A stretch of 64,000 nucleotides of DNA, from positions 32,001 through 96,000 of the IMG/VR virus record IMGVR_UViG_3300028920_000045; one strand, 5' to 3'. Below the pieces are notes generated by a model. The model was not told where the DNA came from. It saw only the letters and a program-made list of their open reading frames with translations, and searched no databases. Both the position numbers and the translations under genes were made by a program. Within the stretch, counting starts at the first letter, position 1. Each line of letters begins with the position of its first letter. Below, piece by piece: positions 48,144 to 57,328 of the stretch. The stretch is from a virus.

Positions 48144-48692
48144 ATGCCCGAGAAGATCGTGATCAAGATCAACGGAGAGGATGTCAACGTCACGTCCGAC
48201 CTCGTCGTCGGACCGGACCTCGACAGGGAACTCGACCGGGGGTCGGCCCTCGTCGCCAAGTACGGCCGTCTCCTGTCGAGAGCCCAGAACAAGGAAGCCC
48301 AGTGCCTCGCGGAGTACCGGCACTGGCGAGCCCGACAGACCGAGACCATCCTCCAGGCCGACCCGAAACTGGCCGAGTGGAAGGTCAAGGCCAAGGTCGA
48401 GAGCCTCCCCCAGTTCCTCCAGCACAAGGAAGACATTGCGTCGGCCGAGGAGGAGACGCACGGTCTCTGGGGTGTGTACGAGGCCGTCTGCCGACGGTGT
48501 GACCTCCTCCAGTCCCGGAACTCCAGGGACGTCCGGAACCTGTCGACTCTCGGGACCGACGGTCTCCCGGGCGAGGAGGAGATCGACAAGGCCGAGAAGA
48601 CCCGACGGGTCAGTGAGATCGTCGGGCGGAAGAAGAAGTCGAAGACCAAGGGCGCACCGACTCGGGAGCGTCCGAAGAAGACGCGGTCCTAG
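48144..48692 (+). CDS. UvsY-like recombination mediator
   Basis: All-helical protein with KLAEWKVKAKVES pattern, next to SSB and RecA. Confidence 0.55.
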   Translation: MPEKIVIKINGEDVNVTSDLVVGPDLDRELDRGSALVAKYGRLLSRAQNKEAQCLAEYRHWRARQTETILQADPKLAEWKVKAKVESLPQFLQHKEDIASAEEETHGLWGVYEAVCRRCDLLQSRNSRDVRNLSTLGTDGLPGEEEIDKAEKTRRVSEIVGRKKKSKTKGAPTRERPKKTRS

Positions 48693-48716
48693 TCGGACCA
48701 GAGAAGGAGAGAAGAC

Positions 48717-50009
48717 ATGGGAACTGACCTCGACAAGCTCCGGAAGTACAAGAAAGACAGAGCCACGGGGAGGAACCTCCTGATCCCCGAGGGCGACTCC
48801 CTCGTGTACATCGCCCCGCCCGCCCGGGAGGACTGGGACCTCCCGTTCCTGGAGACGGCCGTTCACTTCGGGTTCCCCGGTGGTCCGAAGCTCTGCCTCA
48901 ACTCCGACCGGAACCCGCTCCTCAAGGACCCCGAGTTCCTCAAGGTGGCGAAGAAGGCCGGGGTCGACGTCAACGGTCCCTGCAAGATCTGTCAGAAGCT
49001 CTCGGGGAAGCCCGGGAAGCCGGGTCTCTGGGACACGGACAAGGAAGCCGCCCGGAAGATCTCCGCGAGCAACCGGTTCCTGATGATCGCCGGTCGCCTC
49101 TGGGGTCGGAAGGACTCGACCGACTCGTACTCCCCGGTCGAGCCCTTCGAGCTGAAGCCCCTTCCCGTCGGCAAAAAGATCTGGGAGGCCGTGGTCGACA
49201 TCTTCCTCGACCTGGAGGTCGACCTCACCGATCCCCTCGCCGCCATCCTGATCAAGTTCCACCGGGAAGGGACGGGCCTGGAGTCCCAGTACAACATCAC
49301 CGCCGACCCGAAGACGACGAAGAAGCCCCTCCGTCTCGGGAAGGCCGAGCGCCGGATGATCCGGGAGGCGCTCGCGGAGGGGTCCGACTGTGATCCCTAC
49401 CTCGCCGCCCTGGAGTGGTACACCTCCCCCGAGGAGATGTCCGCGCTCCTGGAGGGGGTCGACCTCGACGACGACGACGAGGACGACGACGACGACGACG
49501 AGGTCGAGGCCAAGCCGCCGAAGAAGTCGAAGAAGACCTCGAAGAAGAAGACCTCGAAGAAGAAGTCGAAGAAGAAGCCCACGTGCTTCGGGATCGACTA
49601 CTCCTCCGACGACGAGGACTGTGAGGACTGTGAGTTCCGGTCCGAGTGCGCGGACGAGTCCGGGCACGAGTCCGACGACGACGAGGACGAGGACGAGGAC
49701 GACGAGGTCGACGAGGTCGAGGACGACGACGAGGACGACGAGGAGGAGGACTCCGACGACGAGGACTCCGACGACGACGACGAGGACGAGGACGACGAGG
49801 ACGACGAGGACGACGAGGACGAGGACGACTCCGACGAGGACCTGGAGGACCTGGAGGCGGCTCTCGACAAGAAGACCGGCAAGGGCAAGAAGTCGAAGAA
49901 GAAGCCGGTCAAGTCCTCGAAGAAGAAGACCTCGAAGAAGAAGACCTCGAAGAAGACCTCGAAGAAGAAGTCGAAGAAGACCCCCGCCCGCAAGCGGCCG
50001 AAGAAGTAG
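48717..50009 (+). CDS. gp32-like single-stranded DNA-binding protein with long charge-block tail
   Basis: HFG..C...CKIC Zn motif, DLTDP...IKF.R.GTG...Y; acidic and Lys-rich tails. Confidence 0.75.
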   Translation: MGTDLDKLRKYKKDRATGRNLLIPEGDSLVYIAPPAREDWDLPFLETAVHFGFPGGPKLCLNSDRNPLLKDPEFLKVAKKAGVDVNGPCKICQKLSGKPGKPGLWDTDKEAARKISASNRFLMIAGRLWGRKDSTDSYSPVEPFELKPLPVGKKIWEAVVDIFLDLEVDLTDPLAAILIKFHREGTGLESQYNITADPKTTKKPLRLGKAERRMIREALAEGSDCDPYLAALEWYTSPEEMSALLEGVDLDDDDEDDDDDDEVEAKPPKKSKKTSKKKTSKKKSKKKPTCFGIDYSSDDEDCEDCEFRSECADESGHESDDDEDEDEDDEVDEVEDDDEDDEEEDSDDEDSDDDDEDEDDEDDEDDEDEDDSDEDLEDLEAALDKKTGKGKKSKKKPVKSSKKKTSKKKTSKKTSKKKSKKTPARKRPKK

Positions 50010-50031
50010 CCGTCCCGGTGCCAGGTTCCCA

Positions 50032-50113
50032 GGCAGAACCCCCGGTCCAGGAGAAACGGTCCCTCTCGTTCCCCCGGACCCTCGACCCCCGCCCGGGGGT
50101 TCTGCCGTTTCTT
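50032..50113 (+). terminator. long stem-loop (terminator or processing site)
   Basis: Perfect 14-bp inverted repeat ggcagaacccccgg/ccgggggttctgcc followed by gtttctt. Confidence 0.65.
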
Positions 50114-50126
50114 GAGGAGGAGTGAG

Positions 50127-51224
50127 ATGGCGAAGTCGAAGAAGAGGACTCGGCCGAAGAGGAAGAAGTCGGTCGCACAGCTCATGGTCTCGGCCGACTC
50201 GGAACTCATGGTCGGTCAGTCGGCCCGAGACGCCGGTCGTCTTCGGGGTGTGATCCCGACGGGTCTGGAGTCGGTCGACATCGCCATCGGTCGAGGAGGT
50301 CTCCCCCAGGGCCGGGTGTCGATGATCCAGGGGGACGAGGGTGGAGGGAAGACGACGTTCTGTCTCTCCTGCTGTCGGTCCGTCCAGGAGCGGGGAGGGG
50401 TGGCGATCTATGCTGACCCCGAGAGGAAGCTCGATCTCGGGTACGCCGAGAAAGTCGGGGTTGACCTGGACGAGCTGATCCTCGACCACCCGAGAACGAT
50501 GGAACGGTTCGCACTGACCCTCAAGAGGTCGGTTGATCGTCTCCTCGACATCTGCGAGGAGGAGGGGGAAGAGATCCCGGGGTTGATCGTGGTCGACTCG
50601 ATCACGGCCCTCGACACCTTCCTCGAAACGTCTCTCGAAGACCTGGCCGGTCAGGGCAAGCCGAGGAAGGGGAGGAAGAAGGGAGAGGGGGTCGCCCCGA
50701 GGGTCGGTGCTCAACCGTTGGCGATGTCGGTTCTCCTACGGAAGATCGTCCCGGTTCTGGCCGAGTCGCCTATCGCACTCCTCCTCGTCTCACAGCTTCG
50801 GACCAAGCTGACCCACTGGGGAGCCCAGAACGACTCGACCTGTGGTCGTGCTCCGAAGTTCTATTCCTGCCTGATTATCCAGGCTCGTCCGGAGTCGGAG
50901 AACGAGTCGGGTTCAAGAGTCGGGGAGCGGGTCGAGTTCTACGTCGCCAAGAACCAGATCGCACAGCCGTTCAAGTCGGGACAGTACTCGATCCTCGGAG
51001 CCCGGGGTCTCGACCGGGAGAGGGACATCCTCGACGCGGCCGTGACCCTGGACCTTGCCGAGAGAGCTGCCAAGGGCGGGTGGATTACGTTCTCGGACGA
51101 CACCCCGTTCAAGGGTCTCAAGGTCCAGGGACCGAGGGGTCTCCGGGTGAAGATGCGGAAGAGACCGGAACTCGGGGACGAGATCCGAGCCGTGATCCGG
51201 AAGACGGCCGGGTGGGAGGACTAG
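50127..51224 (+). CDS. recA: RecA-family recombinase
   Basis: IPTG...GGLPQGR, GDEGGGKT, VVDSITAL, SQLR, KNQIAQPF. Confidence 0.93.
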   Translation: MAKSKKRTRPKRKKSVAQLMVSADSELMVGQSARDAGRLRGVIPTGLESVDIAIGRGGLPQGRVSMIQGDEGGGKTTFCLSCCRSVQERGGVAIYADPERKLDLGYAEKVGVDLDELILDHPRTMERFALTLKRSVDRLLDICEEEGEEIPGLIVVDSITALDTFLETSLEDLAGQGKPRKGRKKGEGVAPRVGAQPLAMSVLLRKIVPVLAESPIALLLVSQLRTKLTHWGAQNDSTCGRAPKFYSCLIIQARPESENESGSRVGERVEFYVAKNQIAQPFKSGQYSILGARGLDRERDILDAAVTLDLAERAAKGGWITFSDDTPFKGLKVQGPRGLRVKMRKRPELGDEIRAVIRKTAGWED

Positions 51225-51225
51225 G

Positions 51226-51501
51226 ATGGGACAGACGAAGGGTGAGATCGAGACCGAGGTCCTCTCTCTGGAGACCAGACTCCGAGAGGTCAGGGACCAG
51301 ATCCGGGTACTCTCCGAGAAGACCAGAGCACAACCTCGAATCCGGATCGGGAAGAGTAAGAAGGCCGAGGCGAAGAGACAGGACCGCCTCGACCGTCTGG
51401 TCAAGGCACGGGTTGAGAAAGACCAGATCACCCGCGCCCTCAAGAGAGCCCGACATCGCCTCGTGAGTCACGTCAAGGGCGAGATGTCGAAAGGGGGGTG
51501 A
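51226..51501 (+). CDS. small basic coiled-coil protein
   Basis: Fills the gap; stop overlaps the next start. Confidence 0.6.
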   Translation: MGQTKGEIETEVLSLETRLREVRDQIRVLSEKTRAQPRIRIGKSKKAEAKRQDRLDRLVKARVEKDQITRALKRARHRLVSHVKGEMSKGG

Positions 51502-52742
51502 CGGTGAGTCCGAAGAGAGCAAGACCGAAGAAGAAGGCCAAGCCGACGAAGACGACGGTCGTGGCTTTCTCCGATCTCCACGCCGACAACGGGATGTCGA
51601 TGTCGAAGTACGACGACCGTGGGGTCTCGGACAGACTGACCGACGCCCTGGACATCCTCGACCGTGTCTGGAGGTTGGCCGACAACGTCGACGCAAACGC
51701 CATCCTCTTCCTCGGTGACCTCTTCGAGAGAGCCCGGGTCGACTCGATCACCTTCACCGAGGTTGCGGCCCGACTCCAGCTCCTCCAGGCGAACCTCATG
51801 ATCCCCCTCTTCCTCATGCCCGGGAATCATGACCTCGTCGCCAAGGACTCCCCCCGTTCCTCGGTCGACATCTTCGACGCCCTGGAACTGCCTCACACCT
51901 TCGTCGCCTCGTACGAGAACCCGCTCTTTACCCCGGCCGGTGAGGAGGCGACTCGGTTCCTCGGGTGTCCGTACGAGAGACCGACGGTCGCCCGCCGTCG
52001 ACTGGCCGATGTCTTGACCTCTGGGACGGCCGAGCCCTTCTCCAGAACCGTCCCCCTCCTCCACCACGACATCGACGGCGGGAGGGTCGGGACGTACTCC
52101 CCGACGGACACGGTCGGTCGGGACATCTTCTCTCACTTCCCTCTCTCGATCTCGGGCCACTATCACACCCCCCAGATCCTCACCGTCAAAGGACGGCACT
52201 TCTACCCCGGGAAGAAGGACCCGTACTCGGCCGAGTCGATGCGACACGGACTGGTCTACCTCGGGTCTCCACGTCACCTCGACTTCGCAGACGAGGGAGA
52301 GCACGGTGCCTGGATCTTCGAGTTCGTCGACGGCAAGTTGACCGAGGCCGAACTCTACCCTCTCGACGCCCCCCGGTTCCTGACCGTGGACTTCCAGTCC
52401 AGTCTCGACCCGAGTGAGGCAGCTCGTCTCGTCGACGGCAAGACGGCGTCGTACATCCGGGTCCGGGTCAAGGGTCCACGTCACGCCGTCGACGGTCTCG
52501 ACCGAGAGGTGTACGAGGGAGCGTTCGTCGAGGCTCTCTCCGACAAGTCGGTCGTCCGGGCCTTCTCCTGGGAACCCCAGATCGAGGCGCACCACGTCAC
52601 CCGGGTCGAGGTCGACTCGACTCTCGGTCTCGACAAGATGATCGAGGCGTATGTCGACTCGGACTCGGTCGCCCTCGGGGAACTCGACGAGGACGAGGTC
52701 CTCGACTATGGGAAGAGACTTCTCGCGGAGGTGCGGAAGTGA
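51498..52742 (+). CDS. sbcD: SbcD/Mre11-like (gp47) nuclease
   Basis: SDLH, GDLF, GNHD, GHYH, YLGSP. Confidence 0.92.
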   Translation: MTVSPKRARPKKKAKPTKTTVVAFSDLHADNGMSMSKYDDRGVSDRLTDALDILDRVWRLADNVDANAILFLGDLFERARVDSITFTEVAARLQLLQANLMIPLFLMPGNHDLVAKDSPRSSVDIFDALELPHTFVASYENPLFTPAGEEATRFLGCPYERPTVARRRLADVLTSGTAEPFSRTVPLLHHDIDGGRVGTYSPTDTVGRDIFSHFPLSISGHYHTPQILTVKGRHFYPGKKDPYSAESMRHGLVYLGSPRHLDFADEGEHGAWIFEFVDGKLTEAELYPLDAPRFLTVDFQSSLDPSEAARLVDGKTASYIRVRVKGPRHAVDGLDREVYEGAFVEALSDKSVVRAFSWEPQIEAHHVTRVEVDSTLGLDKMIEAYVDSDSVALGELDEDEVLDYGKRLLAEVRK

Positions 52743-54697
52743 TCGTCCTGGAGAACGTGACCTTCGGTGGGTTCCTCGGATACGTCGACCGGTTCACTGT
52801 CCCTCTCCGGAGTCGGGGCTTGACCTTGATCGTCGGGGAGAACGTCGGTCGGTCCGGGTCGGACAGCAACGGGTCTGGGAAGACCACGGTCTTCGACGCC
52901 GTGACGTGGGGACTCTACGGGGAGACGGTGACCGGCGAGAAGACCGAGGAGGTGATCAACCGTCTGTCGAAGAAGGCCACGGTCAGGGTCGTCCTCACCG
53001 ACGAGGACCGGGAGGTCTCGTACCGGATCACCCGGACTCGGAAGAAGTCGGGCGGGACTCTGGAGTTCCTCCAGGTCGACGACCCCGAGGACGAGGAGGG
53101 GATCGACCTCAAGGGTTCGTCGATGTCAGAGACCCAGGAGAAGATCGACACTCTCCTCGGTCTCGACTCCCTGGCCTTCCGGACCTGTGTTCTCTTCGGT
53201 CAGGGAGAGGCCACTCGGTTCGCCTCGTCGTCGACGACCGACGCGGAGAGGAAGAGGATCTTCCGTTCGGTCATGCGACTCGAAGAGTGTGAGCGGGCCA
53301 GGGCTCTCGCGGCCGAGAAGAAGAGGGACCTCGACTCCCGGGTCACGACCAGGTCGACCGACCTCCGTCACGCCCAGGACCGACTCGACGAGATCGAGGA
53401 GGACCTGGAGTCGGCCGAGGAGAAGGTGGGGACCTGGTCGGAAGACCGTGACCGTCGACTCCAGGAGGTCGACGAGGAGATCGAGGACCTGGAGTCTTCG
53501 GCCGAGGACCTGGCCGGTGTCCGGAAGGAACTCAAGTCGACCTCGAAGAAGAAGAACAAAGCCCTCGACCGAGGTGAGGAGCTGGTCCGTCTCCAGGGCA
53601 AGGTCGACGACCTCGACCGGGAGATCCGGGAGAAGAGGTCGGAGGAGTCGGAGATCAAGTCCGAGGTCTCCAGGGTCAAGGCCACGGTCGAAGCTGCCGA
53701 GTCCCGTCTTCTGGAACTGGACCAGGCCCAGGAGGAGGGTCGGTGCGAGTCCTGCGGGTCCTACCTGGACTCCGACCAGGAGAACGTCGGCTTCGAGGAG
53801 ACCAGGTCCTCGACCCGCCGTCTCCTGGAGACGTCCCAGGAGGCGCTATCGGAGGTCGAGGGGTCTCTCGATACCTGTCAGGGGGAGATCGAGGCTCTCC
53901 GGGGACGTCGGGCGGTCCTACGGGCCAAGATGGACGACCTCGGGGACCCAGGACAGGAGGTTCGGGATCTGGAGAAGACCGAGAGGCGGCTCCGGGAGGA
54001 GGAGGACCGTCTCCGGGGAGCCGAGTCCGAGGTCAAGGTCAAGAGGGAGTCCCGGGAGTCCATCGCCCGGGAGACGAACCCCCACGTCGAGGAGGTCACC
54101 CGGCTCAAGGAACGGAGGTCCCAGGCCCGACGGAAGGTCGGTCGACTGGAGATGGACCTCGACCGTCTCCGGGAGGAACTCGCCCTCGCCTCGTTCTGGG
54201 TCAAGGGGTGGGGGTCGAAGGGGATACAGTCCTTCGCCATCGACCACGCCCTCCCGAAACTCTCGGCCGCTTCCCAGGAGTACCTCACGACCCTGTCGGG
54301 TGGAGACCTGGAGGTCGACTTCGACTCGGTCTCGAAGACGAAGAAGGGGGAGGTCCGGGACACGTTCCGGATCATTCCCAGGGTCGAGGGGGACGAGGGA
54401 CTCAAGATCTCCGGTGGACAGAAGACCAGAATCGAACTCTCCACCTCCTTCGGTCTGTCCGACCTGGTCGCGGAGAGGGAGTCGGCGTCCATCGACTGTT
54501 ACTTCCTCGACGAAGTCTTCGACGCCCTGGATCAGACCGGCAAGGACCGGTTGATCGATCTCCTCCGGTTGCTCCGGTCCAGGCGGTCGACTATCCTGGC
54601 CGTGTCCCACGATCCGGACGTCGTCCGTCACTTCGACCGGGTGATCCGGGTCCAGAGGAAGGACAAGGTCTCTCGGATCGTGGAGGGTGCGGAGTGA
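52739..54697 (+). CDS. sbcC: SbcC/Rad50-like (gp46) ATPase
   Basis: NGSGKT, coiled coil with CESC hook, ISGGQ, LDEVFDALD, SH. Confidence 0.93.
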   Translation: MIVLENVTFGGFLGYVDRFTVPLRSRGLTLIVGENVGRSGSDSNGSGKTTVFDAVTWGLYGETVTGEKTEEVINRLSKKATVRVVLTDEDREVSYRITRTRKKSGGTLEFLQVDDPEDEEGIDLKGSSMSETQEKIDTLLGLDSLAFRTCVLFGQGEATRFASSSTTDAERKRIFRSVMRLEECERARALAAEKKRDLDSRVTTRSTDLRHAQDRLDEIEEDLESAEEKVGTWSEDRDRRLQEVDEEIEDLESSAEDLAGVRKELKSTSKKKNKALDRGEELVRLQGKVDDLDREIREKRSEESEIKSEVSRVKATVEAAESRLLELDQAQEEGRCESCGSYLDSDQENVGFEETRSSTRRLLETSQEALSEVEGSLDTCQGEIEALRGRRAVLRAKMDDLGDPGQEVRDLEKTERRLREEEDRLRGAESEVKVKRESRESIARETNPHVEEVTRLKERRSQARRKVGRLEMDLDRLREELALASFWVKGWGSKGIQSFAIDHALPKLSAASQEYLTTLSGGDLEVDFDSVSKTKKGEVRDTFRIIPRVEGDEGLKISGGQKTRIELSTSFGLSDLVAERESASIDCYFLDEVFDALDQTGKDRLIDLLRLLRSRRSTILAVSHDPDVVRHFDRVIRVQRKDKVSRIVEGAE

Positions 54698-54909
54698 GGA
54701 TACTCGTCGGTCCGTGTCTGGAGTGCAAGGTCGACGACCGGCTTCTCTGGGTCGTCGAGCTGACCATCCCCGAGACGGGTGGAGGAGAGGGGTCCATCGT
54801 GTACGAGTGCTTGACCTGTCACACCCGACACTCGGCAGAGTTCCACCTCCCTCCGGTATCGGGTCGGCTTGCTCGTCCTGGTCTGTCCTCCGTCAAGAGG
54901 GGTGCGTAA
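54694..54909 (+). CDS. small Zn-ribbon protein
   Basis: GTGA overlap; CLEC...CLTC. Confidence 0.6.
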   Translation: MRILVGPCLECKVDDRLLWVVELTIPETGGGEGSIVYECLTCHTRHSAEFHLPPVSGRLARPGLSSVKRGA

Positions 54910-55133
54910 TGGGGATCATCCTCAAATCGGGCGAGACCCTCGCCGTGGTCTTCTCGGACTCGGTCGAGGGAGAGGACCGGACATTCGAGGAGGTCGAGGA
55001 CCTGGTCAACGCCATCCGGACCACGGCCGGGGCCAGAGGTTTCGAGGTGGAGATCTGGGGACCGGAACCGTCGGCCGAGAAGTTCCTGGCCGACCGTCGT
55101 CTCCGAAGGGAGAGGGAGAGTGAGTCCGAATAG
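54909..55133 (+). CDS. hypothetical protein
   Basis: TAATG coupling. Confidence 0.55.
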   Translation: MGIILKSGETLAVVFSDSVEGEDRTFEEVEDLVNAIRTTAGARGFEVEIWGPEPSAEKFLADRRLRRERESESE

Positions 55134-55758
55134 GGTGAGACCTTGCTGGTTCGTCCGGGTCGTGTACTGGATCGGAATGACCGTCGTCTTCGGTCTGGGT
55201 CTGTACTACTCCTGGAGTCGTCGGTACCGCCGTCTCCGTCAACCGGGGTGGGAAGGACACGTCGAGAAGAGACTCACCGTCCGGGCCGTCCTCGACCGTA
55301 TCCGCGAGAGGAAGTGGAGACAGGACGGACTCTCCGAACTCGGTGACGCCATCGGCTTCCCCAGGTTCTTCGACGAGGCGTCCGACGAGGAGAGGTCGTC
55401 TCTCGGTCAGGATTGCGACGAGTACGGGATTTTCGCTCTGGACGCCGGTCGAGACGGACTGGAACTCAAGGGGGAGACCTTCCGCCCCGTCGGGTTCCTC
55501 TCGGTGATCGGGTGCCAGGGGTGGCGGCGATTCTGGAAACAGAAGGGACACAACGTCGCCGTCTTCCAGGGCGAGCCTCGGTTCGGAGGTGAGGTCCAGG
55601 GAGAGTACTACCACTTCGGGAACTGGGGCTTCCTCGGACCGTTCGATCAGGTCGACGACCTCTGCGAGATGATCGCCCGACGGATGGACTCTCACCTCAT
55701 GGGGTACTCGCTGGTCGACGGGGACCTCGACCTCCTGGAGTGGAGGTTCCTCGCATGA
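55120..55758 (+). CDS. membrane-anchored transglutaminase-like cysteine protease
   Basis: N-terminal TM; GQDCDEYG, GHNVAVF, GNWG triad-like motifs. Confidence 0.55.
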   Translation: MSPNRVRPCWFVRVVYWIGMTVVFGLGLYYSWSRRYRRLRQPGWEGHVEKRLTVRAVLDRIRERKWRQDGLSELGDAIGFPRFFDEASDEERSSLGQDCDEYGIFALDAGRDGLELKGETFRPVGFLSVIGCQGWRRFWKQKGHNVAVFQGEPRFGGEVQGEYYHFGNWGFLGPFDQVDDLCEMIARRMDSHLMGYSLVDGDLDLLEWRFLA

Positions 55759-56339
55759 GCAGGAAGAGAGACGAGAGGTCGAAGGCCGCGACCGGGACGA
55801 AGAAGGGTTCGGTCTTCGAGAGGGACGTCGCCCGGTTCCTCTCCCTATGGTGGGGAGACGACAAGGACCTCGGTGCGAAGGAACTCTCGTTCCGTCGGTC
55901 CCCCGGGTCTGGAGGTGTCGACCCCCAGGAGTGGCCGGGTGACGTGATCCCGACGAGACGGATTGTCCACAAGTGGCCTCTCGTCGTCGAGTGCAAGGCC
56001 CAGGACTCCGAGTTCGGTGACCTGATCGAACTCCTGTCCGCTCCGAAGTCGAGGTTCTGGGACTGGATCGACCAGGTCAAGAGGGACGCCCAGGGGGTCG
56101 GTCGGTCCTGGTTCCTCTTCGTCCGTCGTGTCCGGTACCCGTGGCTCCTGGTCCTCGACGTCCGGGACTGGCTCAAGGTCCGGGCCGTGGTCCAGGACGT
56201 CGCCCGACTCACGCACTTCCGTCTCACCCGTGAGGACCGACAGGTCAACGCGATCATCGTACGAGCCGACCAGTTCTTCGACCTGGTCACGCCCGACGAC
56301 CTCCTGTCGGTCCTGACCATTCGGGAGACGAGACTCTAG
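55755..56339 (+). CDS. Holliday junction resolvase (Hjc-like PD-(D/E)XK)
   Basis: KKGSVFERDVA, GSGG, GDV, VVECK. Confidence 0.85.
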   Translation: MSRKRDERSKAATGTKKGSVFERDVARFLSLWWGDDKDLGAKELSFRRSPGSGGVDPQEWPGDVIPTRRIVHKWPLVVECKAQDSEFGDLIELLSAPKSRFWDWIDQVKRDAQGVGRSWFLFVRRVRYPWLLVLDVRDWLKVRAVVQDVARLTHFRLTREDRQVNAIIVRADQFFDLVTPDDLLSVLTIRETRL

Positions 56340-56347
56340 GGGGAGAC

Positions 56348-57328
56348 GTGTCAAAGCCAACCTTGATCGTCGATGGGAATAACGTCCTCTATCGGATGTC
56401 GTACGCTCTCTTGACCCAGTCTCTCTCGGTGATCCTCGACGAGACCCGAGTCGAGACCGGGCCGACGTTCCTCACGTTCAAGACCCTGGTCGAGATCGCG
56501 GACGAGTACGACGCGGTCCCCTTGGTCTGCTGGGACCCGGAGTCCGGACGAGGTCGTCTCCAGAGACGGAAGATACACAAGGGATACAAGTCGGGACGGG
56601 AACCGGCGAACGAGATCGACCGGGACTTCCATCGGGAGGTCACGGACCAGAGGGAGATCGTCCAGACCATCCTCGGGACGGCCGGGGTCTTCCAGACGAG
56701 AGCCCTCAAGGGGTGGGAAGCCGACGACGTGATCGCCCGACTCGCCCGACAGCTATCCCGACGAGGACGTGAGGTCCTGATTCTGTCAAACGACAAGGAC
56801 CTCGTCCCTCTCCTCGCCCTCCCCGGTGTCCGGATCGTCGCCATCGGTTCCCGGAAGTGGTCTCAACCCGGAGAGAGGTACGAGGTCCGCGACGAGGAGT
56901 GGGTCAAGGCCCAGTACGAGGGACTTACCCCGGACAAATGGATCGAGTTCCGGTCTCTGGCCGGTGACCCGTCCGACAAGGTCCAGGGGGTGAAGGGGAT
57001 CGGGAAGGTCTGGGGAGTCAAGCTCGTCCAGGAGTACGGGTCTGCCCTCGAAGCGGTCCAGGTTGCGGAGAAAGCCGAGAAGGCACTGGGAGGGTACGGG
57101 CTCCTCCTCGACAAAGGAGGGGTCCGTCGGAAACTCCTGGGACAGACCGACCAGGTCAAGGCAGCTCGGAAGGTCTTGACCTTGAACTATCGAGCGCCCT
57201 TCGAGTGGTTATCCCGAGAGGGAGACCGGAAGAAAACCCAGGCTTTGATCCGACGGTACCGGTTCCGGTCATTCATGGCCGGGACTCTTCGGGTCCAGCT
57301 CAACGGACTCCTCGATGCGATTACTTGA
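56348..57328 (+). CDS. 5'-3' exonuclease / flap endonuclease
   Basis: VDGNN, YKSGR, EADDVIA, SNDKD, GDPSDKVQGVKGIG. Confidence 0.95.
   Translation: MSKPTLIVDGNNVLYRMSYALLTQSLSVILDETRVETGPTFLTFKTLVEIADEYDAVPLVCWDPESGRGRLQRRKIHKGYKSGREPANEIDRDFHREVTDQREIVQTILGTAGVFQTRALKGWEADDVIARLARQLSRRGREVLILSNDKDLVPLLALPGVRIVAIGSRKWSQPGERYEVRDEEWVKAQYEGLTPDKWIEFRSLAGDPSDKVQGVKGIGKVWGVKLVQEYGSALEAVQVAEKAEKALGGYGLLLDKGGVRRKLLGQTDQVKAARKVLTLNYRAPFEWLSREGDRKKTQALIRRYRFRSFMAGTLRVQLNGLLDAIT

Noticed and set aside
44354-51224. Inteins or introns in dnaE and recA
   Set aside because: Lengths and motif spacing are continuous, with no splice-junction or homing endonuclease motifs seen
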